Shown here one piece after another: positions 57,469-64,000 of a stretch of DNA of 64,000 bases (the stretch's first letter is position 1; each line of letters opens with the position of its first letter). The notes under the pieces were generated by a model. It saw only the letters and a program-made list of their open reading frames with translations, did not search any database and had not been told where the DNA came from. This stretch comes from Thermodesulfobacteriota bacterium. Its GTDB lineage: Bacteria > Desulfobacterota > Binatia > Bin18. The stretch is taken from contig OZ219926.1 of the NCBI GenBank assembly GCA_964291405.2, positions 3,200,001 to 3,264,000 on the forward strand. The letters run 5' to 3'. A program made the position numbers and the translations under genes.

Positions 57469-59540
57469 TTGAAGAGCCTGCTCATAGACCGCCACCGCTT
57501 CGTTCTTCTGGCCGGATTGCCCCAGGGCTCGTCCGAGGCTCACATAGGCATAGGCGTAATCGGGCTGAAGATGGATCGTTTGTCGCCAGGCCTGCACGGC
57601 TCCCGCGAGATCGCCCTGTGCCGCGAGTACGTGACCAATGCGATGGTGCACATGGGCTGAGGTCGGGACCAACTGCACGGCTTTGCGATAGGCTGCCAGC
57701 GCGTCTTGGGTATTCCCTGCGGCCTCACATGCCCGGGCAAGGTGGATATGGATGGTCGCCTCATCCGGATTAAGATGCGTGGCCTCGCGCAAGGCTGTAA
57801 TTGCCTGCGGCAGTTCTCCACGTTCCTGGAGTGCGACCCCTATCCGATAATGCGCCTCGGCATGGCTGGGGGCCTGGTCTATGGCTTTACGCCACTGGCG
57901 AATCGCCCCATCTATATTCCCCTGATTATAGAGGGTATAGCCCTGCCTGAGATGCTGAGCGGCTGTGGCCGGCACGGGCGGCGGTTGCGAAGTATCTGGA
58001 GATGGGATGCCAGGGGCAGGCGCTGGCAACTTAGAGGCCGCTGGAGGAGGGTCCTTGAGCGGAATAGCCGCCCTCAGCCCCTGAGGGGCCGATGGTAAGG
58101 GAGTGGACTGCGCTGGACCTTCTCTGTCAGGCGTCTCGCGTGATGTGGGAGCAGGAGGCGCTACCTGCCGGAGTGGGAGCGGAGGAGCCTTTTTTACCAC
58201 TTTCTTCGCTAAGACCGTCGGAACAGAAGACACGGGCGGCGGTTGCGGGGTGTCCTGAGGTGAGATAGTGGGTGCCGGCGCTAGCGACTCAGGGACTGAT
58301 GGGGGAGTAGCTTTGAGAGGGGTAGCCTCTCTCCGTTCCTTGGTGGTCGATGGTAAGGGGGTGGCCTGTGCCGGAGCTTCTCTGGCAGGCGTCTCAGGTG
58401 GTGTAGGGGCAGACGGCGTTGCTTGACGAAGTGGGAGTGGGGATGGGGGGGGGAGTGTTTTTTTGTTACGAGGACCGTTGGGGCCGGTACGATGGGTGGC
58501 GGCTGCGGGGTGTCCGGAGATGGGCTGGCGGGAACAGGCATCGGCAGCGGGGGAACGGAGGTCAGCGGGGCCTTGAGAGGGGTGGCCTCTCTCCGCTCCT
58601 TGGTAGCCGCTGGTAAGGGGGTGACCTGTACCGGAACTGTTCTGGCAGGCGTCACACGTGATGTGGAGGCAGGCAGCGTTGCTTGAGGGAGTGGGGGGCG
58701 GGACGGGGGCCTTTTTGTTCCTTTTTTTGCGAGGACCGTTGGGGCCGGCACAATGGGCGGCGGTTGAGGAGCGTCTGGAGATAAGCTGACGGGAGCAGGC
58801 GGCGGCAGGGGGGCGGAGGTCGGCGGGGCCTTGAGCGGGATGGCCTCTCTCCGTTCCTTGGCAGCCGATGGTAAGGGGACGGCCTGCGCTGGAACTTCTT
58901 TGTCAGGCGTCACACGTGATGTGGAGGCAGGCGGCGTTGCTCGGCGGAGTAGAGGTGAGGAGGCCCTTTTTGTCACTTTTTTCACCAAGACTGTTGGAGC
59001 GGGAGACGCGGGTGCTTGGGCTGGTCCAGGAGGAACGGACTGAGAACTCGCCTCTGGGACACGTGCAAAGAGCACCTGGGTGTTGCCCTGTTCAGCGTTG
59101 GCGTTGGAATTGTCCGCTTCCTCTCGCTCGTCCAGGATGGCGGTCACCACATGGGCCTGTTGTTCGACTGAAAAAGACGGGAGCTGCTCCGCTTTGAGGT
59201 CAAGCACGAAACGGGTGTGGTGGGGATGGGAGCCAACCCGGACCCGCGTAATCAGCGCATCGGAGGCGGGATGCGTGGCCGAGGCCGAGCGCTCGACTTC
59301 TCCTATGACATCAATGACCAAGCGGGCCGGCGAGTGTAAGGAAAAGGCGTAGACAGAATCCGGTGGCTGGGAGAAGTGGAGGCTGAGGGTCCGTTGGTTT
59401 TTCTCCCGAGCGAGTTGTATCTCCTGCACATACAATCCCGAGGGCCGGGCAAAAGATTGGGAGATACTCTGCCCAGGGGCTATCAGATCCATTCCGGTCC
59501 ACATAGCAATAAGTAAGAAGGAAACGGCACTCTTCTTCAT
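57397..59540 (-). pseudogene. Secreted AMIN + Pro-rich repeat + TPR protein, interrupted by a 1-nt frameshift at the homopolymer tract 58445-58464
   Basis: AMIN motifs SPARLVIDV and RVRVG...TRFVLDL in ORF 58281..59540. The repeat consensus resumes in the -1 frame (PPSPLPLRQAT...KERREATPLK) and runs into TPR ORF 57397..58233. Confidence 0.82.
57965..59000 (-). repeat. Four degenerate ~85-87-aa Pro-rich coding repeats
   Basis: Anchor GAC(C/T)GT (PTVL) at 58989, 58734, 58473 and 58213; periods 255, 261 and 260 nt. Confidence 0.85.
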
Positions 59541-59556
59541 CGCTCAAGGCTCTCAG

Positions 59557-60765
59557 CTATGACTCGCGTAAACGCGCGACCCGTTTGCGTATCTCTGCGC
59601 ACAGGGCCTCAGCATTGCTCTTTTTTCGACTCTCCTCAAACGCTTGTGTAAAACGCACGCAAACTGGTACGGCGTTCTTGTATGTAGCCAAAGCGTCTTT
59701 CTCTCTGCCCATTTTCTCGAGCGCTTCACCGTAGTTGGCATAGGCATAGGCGTAATGCGGGGCCAACTGTATGGTCTGGTACCATGCGTTTGCCGCGCCC
59801 TGCCAATCCTCTCTCTCGGCGAGTATATATCCCAGCCGATTGTGGACATACGGTGCGGAGGGAACTAATTGCAAGGCTTTTTGATAGGTGTCAAACGCCT
59901 CCTGCTCCTTCCCCAGCGCTTCGAACGCGCGGGCAAGATGGACGTGCGCCGTGGCATTATCCGGCTCAAGCCGGAGCGCTTGCTGAAAGGCGGTCGCTGC
60001 CTGGGTGTGATCTTTTTGGTCTCGGAAGGCAAGCCCTAACAGATGATGCGCCTGGGCGGTCTGCGGAGCGAGGCGCAGGGTCTCTTTCCACTCGGCGACT
60101 GCCGCGTCAATTTTGCCGGCATCATAGAGAATTTGCCCCTGTTCAAGATGATAACGGGCCTGTTGCGATAATGGCCTTGGAGAAGCGGACTGCTCCGGTT
60201 CAATTTGGGGGGAAGGGGGCGGCGGGGTTGGGACCGCAGCCACGATCGGAGCCGGGCTCTTGAGTGCACGCTGGGAAGCCGGTGTTGTCTGAGACCGCGA
60301 AAAAAGCACCTGGGTCCGTACCGATGAAGAGTCACCGCCTTGTTTCCCCAGTTTGGCAAGAATCTCATTGGCTCGGTGTTCAACCGAATGCACCGGCATT
60401 GTCTGGCCGTTGAGGTCCAAGACAAGGCGCAGGTGTTGCGGATGCGAGCCGGTGCGGACGTGGGTGAGGAGCGCATCATCGGCTTGATAGGTACGGGACG
60501 GTACGTTTTGTACCGGACCGTGCACATCAATGACGATGCGTGAAGGCGATGACAGGGAGAACGACCGTATGGAGTCAGGCGGATGAGAAAACTGAAACAG
60601 GACTGTCCGTGTCTCCCCCTCAGTCGTCAGGCGTATTTCTTGTAAGCGGAGAGCGGCGGACTGGGCAAAGGCAAGAGGCGTCCCCAAGACGAGCCAGAGC
60701 AGAACCAGACTAATCTGTGCGACGCTGAAGTCGGTGCGTGTTCTCTGCATGACAACGCTTGACAT
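59557..60765 (-). CDS. Secreted AMIN + TPR protein
   Basis: Signal peptide ending AFA, SPSRIVIDV, LRLVLDL, then about 5 TPR units; start 60765 or 60750. Confidence 0.85.
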   Translation of the reverse strand: MSSVVMQRTRTDFSVAQISLVLLWLVLGTPLAFAQSAALRLQEIRLTTEGETRTVLFQFSHPPDSIRSFSLSSPSRIVIDVHGPVQNVPSRTYQADDALLTHVRTGSHPQHLRLVLDLNGQTMPVHSVEHRANEILAKLGKQGGDSSSVRTQVLFSRSQTTPASQRALKSPAPIVAAVPTPPPPSPQIEPEQSASPRPLSQQARYHLEQGQILYDAGKIDAAVAEWKETLRLAPQTAQAHHLLGLAFRDQKDHTQAATAFQQALRLEPDNATAHVHLARAFEALGKEQEAFDTYQKALQLVPSAPYVHNRLGYILAEREDWQGAANAWYQTIQLAPHYAYAYANYGEALEKMGREKDALATYKNAVPVCVRFTQAFEESRKKSNAEALCAEIRKRVARLRES

Positions 60766-60791
60766 GGCGATGCCTACCCGGCTGGAGCCGC

Positions 60792-61505
60792 TCAGGCGTC
60801 CGAGTCCGGGGGGTCGGTGCGGGGACACAGCCGCTGCGAAACGGTGGTCAATTCCTGGCGCACCTCGTCGAGTTGGGCTTCGACGTGTTGCATCGCCCGC
60901 ATGATGGCCCCACTGTCCGGGCGCGTTTCGGGCGTCAGCCCGCCGGACTCGAGCAGGCGGCTGAAGACCCGCACGATTTCCTCGGGCGTAATCTCCTCTC
61001 CGGGCTGATACCAGCGGTATAACCAGTTGCACATGCCGCTAAAGGCCTGCATCAGCAGCCGGGGATTTTCGTCGATGATCTCGCCCCGCTCGATGCCACT
61101 GCGAATTTCGTCCTCGATCAACAGATCGATCTCCTGCTGCATGGCTTCAACGACCTGGACCGTTTCCGGCGGCAGGTTGGCTTCCTGGCGAAACAGCAGA
61201 CAGAGCGACTGATCCGTCGTGAGCGAGGCGATCTGGTGCGCCATCACCTGTCGAATCTTCTCCGGACGAGAGAGCGGTCGGACCAGGATTTCCTCCAGGG
61301 TGGCCCGATAGCTCTTCAGCGAACGGGTAAAGATGGCGGTCAGCAGCGCGGCCTTGCTCTCAAAATAGGTGTAGAAGGTCACCCTGGAGATACCGACATG
61401 CGCGACGATGTCGTCCAGCTTGGTTTCATTATAGCCGCGCTGGGTAAAGCATTCCGTGGCCGTGCGCAGGAGTTCTTCTTCTACGAGCTGGCGCTTTGTT
61501 GTCAT
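60792..61505 (-). CDS. TetR/AcrR family regulator (KstR2-like C-domain)
   Basis: HTH FTQRGYNETKLDDIVAHVGISRVTFYTYFESK; GMCNWLYRWY. Confidence 0.92.
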   Translation of the reverse strand: MTTKRQLVEEELLRTATECFTQRGYNETKLDDIVAHVGISRVTFYTYFESKAALLTAIFTRSLKSYRATLEEILVRPLSRPEKIRQVMAHQIASLTTDQSLCLLFRQEANLPPETVQVVEAMQQEIDLLIEDEIRSGIERGEIIDENPRLLMQAFSGMCNWLYRWYQPGEEITPEEIVRVFSRLLESGGLTPETRPDSGAIMRAMQHVEAQLDEVRQELTTVSQRLCPRTDPPDSDA

Positions 61506-61539
61506 CCCGGCCTCTGGGCTAAAGATAAAAGATTTTGGC

Positions 61540-61604
61540 TTGACTGATAAAGAGGATATGTAATAATACTTACCCCAAGTAAAGAAATCTATACAAGAGT
61601 AAAG
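61540..61604. promoter_or_regulatory. Divergent promoter region with two candidate TetR operator boxes
   Basis: TTGACT 61540-61545 and TG-n-AATAAT 61559-61567. Boxes CTTACCCCAAGTAAAG (61569-61584) and CTATACAAGAGTAAAG (61589-61604) approximate CTTTAC-N4-GTAAAG. Confidence 0.45.
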
Positions 61605-61642
61605 TTCTCTTTGCTCGGAAACAAGAGAGGTCCAGGCTTGGG

Positions 61643-61694
61643 ACCATTCATGAAGCTGGAACCATTCATGAAGAAGGAGGGACCATTCATGAAG
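61643..61694 (+). repeat. Three exact copies of ACCATTCATGAAG
   Basis: At 61643, 61661 and 61682 (periods 18 and 21 nt); each holds the palindrome TTCATGAA and an in-frame ATG. Confidence 0.9.
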
Positions 61695-63002
61695 AGGCGT
61701 GCGTTGGCGAAATCGATCTGTTTTGTATTCCTGGCAGCCGCGCTGATGCTCGGCGGTCTATGGATATCGCCCCTGACGGCATTTGCCAACCAGGACCAGA
61801 GCTATGACACCCTGCGGCACTGGATCGAGCACGCCCGTCCGGAGACCGAGCTAACCCCCGGACAGCATCTGACTCTCCAAGATCGCGCCATACTGGAGCC
61901 GCTCATTCCCAAGACGGCCTGGGAGTACTACTTCTATGACGGCATGGATATGGAGATTACGGAGACCGGGACCTACCCACCCCCGGTAGATTGGGGCAAG
62001 AATGTCCCGTCCGGCTACCACCTGGATGAGCAGGGGGTGTTGGTCGGCTTCAAGGGTGGGGGTTTTCCTTTCCCGAATATTGACGAAGACGACCCCCAAG
62101 CGGCGCAGCAAGTCATCTGGAATCTGTTGTGGCGACCTGGGGCCGAAGACTATATCATGCCGATGGTGGCGTGGTCGCGGAGTCCGAATGGCCAGTTGGA
62201 CCGCCAGTTTGAGTTTACCGCCATCGCTTCCCGTTATGCGCAGGGGGACCACTGCTTGGTGCCGGGTTATGAAGAAGTGAAAACCAAGCAGTTGATGGAG
62301 TTCCGCTCGCCCCGGGACATGGCCGGGGCGAAAATGCTGACCAAGATCTATGTGGATCACTACAAAGAGGACAATGGGTGGATGTATATGCCTGCGCAGC
62401 GCAAGCCACGGCGAACGCTGGCCTCCGAGCGTACGAGTGAGGTCATGGGCATGGATTTCACTATGGAAGACTTCATAGGCTTTGGCGGCAAGGTGTATGA
62501 GCACAATTGGAGCTATCTGGGGAAGAGGAAGGTGCTGGCCACGATCAATGTTGAGACCAACCCAGAAGCCGGTGGTCCGCACCTCTGGGTACCGAAGAAC
62601 GCGCGCTGGGAGGTACGCGAGGCGCACGTGCTGCTGATTGATCCCAAAGCCGACAACCATCCGTATAGCCACAAGATCGTCTTTGTCGACACCGAGACGT
62701 TCTGGACGCTGTGGATGTTCGCTTTTGATCGCCAGGACGATCACCTCTTACGTATGAACCAGCATTTTCTCAAGTATTCCGAGAGCTTTGCCCACGAGAC
62801 CGCCACCCAATCACCTTATATGAAGCTGGATTACGCGAATAATGTCGGGGAGCGGATATTCTACCATCTGGGAGAGACCGATATTAACGCCAAAAAACCG
62901 CACGCGACGTATATGCACTGTTATGTCATGACGAGACATTTTTCCTCGGGACGGGCCAAGCAATTCTATTCCGTCCGCAATATGGTCAGCGGGCGGCGTT
63001 AG
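61689..63002 (+). CDS. DUF1329 / lipoprotein-sorting-like secreted protein
   Basis: Signal peptide, GFPFP...DPQAAQQVIWN, SPRDMAG, WMYMPAQRKPRR, RWEVR, HPYSHK; AAGGAGG RBS. Confidence 0.8.
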   Translation: MKRRALAKSICFVFLAAALMLGGLWISPLTAFANQDQSYDTLRHWIEHARPETELTPGQHLTLQDRAILEPLIPKTAWEYYFYDGMDMEITETGTYPPPVDWGKNVPSGYHLDEQGVLVGFKGGGFPFPNIDEDDPQAAQQVIWNLLWRPGAEDYIMPMVAWSRSPNGQLDRQFEFTAIASRYAQGDHCLVPGYEEVKTKQLMEFRSPRDMAGAKMLTKIYVDHYKEDNGWMYMPAQRKPRRTLASERTSEVMGMDFTMEDFIGFGGKVYEHNWSYLGKRKVLATINVETNPEAGGPHLWVPKNARWEVREAHVLLIDPKADNHPYSHKIVFVDTETFWTLWMFAFDRQDDHLLRMNQHFLKYSESFAHETATQSPYMKLDYANNVGERIFYHLGETDINAKKPHATYMHCYVMTRHFSSGRAKQFYSVRNMVSGRR

Positions 63003-63019
63003 AGAAGGATCATATCAAT

Positions 63020-64000
63020 ATGCGCTTCCGTATCTGCTTCACCTCGTATGTCCTCTTCCTCGGTCTGGCTGTGATCCTTAGTGGCCTCTGGCTGTCGTCC
63101 ACAGCGCTGGCCAACCAGGATCAGAGCTATGACACCCTGCGGCACTGGATCGAGCACGCCCGTCCGGAGACCGAACTGACCCCCGGACAGCATCTCACCC
63201 TCAAAGACCGCGCCATCCTTGAATCGTTTATCCCTCAGCCGGCTTGGGAATATTACTTCTACGACGGCATGGATATGGAGATTACGGAAACCGGAGCCTA
63301 CCCGCCCCCGGCAGACTGGGGCCAGAATGTCCCGTCCGGGTACCAACTGGATGAGCAGGGGGTGCTGATTGGATTTAAGGGTGGGGGCTTTCCTTTCCCG
63401 GACATCGACGAAGACGACCCGCAGGCCGCGCAAAAAATTATCTGGAATATGTTGTGGCGGCCTGGGGCCGAAGACTATGTCATGCCCATGGTGGCGTGGT
63501 CGCGAAGTCCGAACGGACAGTTGGACCGCCAGTTTGAGTTTACTGCGGTCGCTTCCCGTTACGCTCAGGGGGACCACTGTCTGGTGCCTGGCTATGAAGA
63601 AGTAAAAACCAAGCAACTGATGGAATTCCGCTCGCCGCGTGACTTGGCCGGGGCGAAAATGCTGACCAAAACCTACGTGGATCACTACAAAGAAGACAAT
63701 GGCTGGATGTATATGCCTGCGCAGCGCAAGCCGCGCCGGACGCTGGCCTCCGAGCGTACCAGTGAGGTCATGGGCATGGATTACACCATGGAAGACGCTA
63801 TGGGCTTTGGCGGCAAGGTGTATGAGCACACCTGGAGCTATCTGGGCAAACGGCGAGTGCTGGCCACGATGAATGTCGAGACCAACCCGGAAGCCGGCGG
63901 TCCGCATCTATGGGTACCGAAGAACGCGCGCTGGGAGGTACGCGAGGCGCATGTGCTGCTGATCGATCCCAAATCCGATAACCACCCCTATAGCCATAAA
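63020..64000 (+). CDS. DUF1329-like protein, tandem near-identical copy; 3' end runs off the window
   Basis: Read manually: MRFRICFTSYVLFLGLAVILSGLWLSSTALANQDQSYDTLRHWIEHARPE..., colinear with the upstream gene. Confidence 0.85.
   Translation, partial: MRFRICFTSYVLFLGLAVILSGLWLSSTALANQDQSYDTLRHWIEHARPETELTPGQHLTLKDRAILESFIPQPAWEYYFYDGMDMEITETGAYPPPADWGQNVPSGYQLDEQGVLIGFKGGGFPFPDIDEDDPQAAQKIIWNMLWRPGAEDYVMPMVAWSRSPNGQLDRQFEFTAVASRYAQGDHCLVPGYEEVKTKQLMEFRSPRDLAGAKMLTKTYVDHYKEDNGWMYMPAQRKPRRTLASERTSEVMGMDYTMEDAMGFGGKVYEHTWSYLGKRRVLATMNVETNPEAGGPHLWVPKNARWEVREAHVLLIDPKSDNHPYSHK

Noticed and set aside
61643-61694. Triple repeat as a mini-CRISPR
   Set aside because: 13-nt repeats with 5-8-nt spacers are far too short, and there are no cas genes.
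61851-63907. Two ~300-aa minus-strand ORFs
   Set aside because: Antisense shadows of the duplicated DUF1329-like genes.

Overview
Bacterial chromosomal window, roughly 55-60% GC by eye and densely coding. No rRNA, tRNA or CRISPR array is visible. (1) 1-14.8 kb is an apparent ceramide/anionic-sphingolipid cluster: Spt, a bCerS-like GNAT, a CerR-like SDR, a DAG/ceramide-kinase-like protein, two CDP-alcohol phosphotransferases (one frameshifted), a nucleotidyltransferase, a desaturase, a metallophosphoesterase and an MsbA-like ABC exporter. (2) 14800-15381 is an AhpD/CMD-like gene with an in-frame TGA in a CxxU motif and a SECIS-like hairpin, so a probable selenoprotein that the ORF track splits in two. 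(3) 20.8-24 kb holds lanthanide-type xoxF followed by a XoxJ-cytochrome c (XoxG) fusion. (4) Much of the rest is a catabolic, paralog-rich block of amidohydrolases, luciferase-like monooxygenases, SMP-30 lactonases, a thiolase/DUF35 pair, a CoA-transferase and dehydrogenases. (5) 41.8-45 kb is a lower-GC islet: a 329-bp highly structured MITE with 23-bp TIRs and an 8-bp target duplication, then a PLD-nuclease-domain gene and a convergent TIR/NDT-like effector gene (candidate uncharacterised defence locus). (6) 57.4-64 kb has TetR, two AMIN-TPR genes (one with four Pro-rich repeats, interrupted at an A7/C9 homopolymer tract) and tandem near-identical DUF1329-like genes. The gene content resembles Binatia/Tectomicrobia-type deltaproteobacteria, but that is inference only. 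All calls rest on motif recognition; no searches were run.
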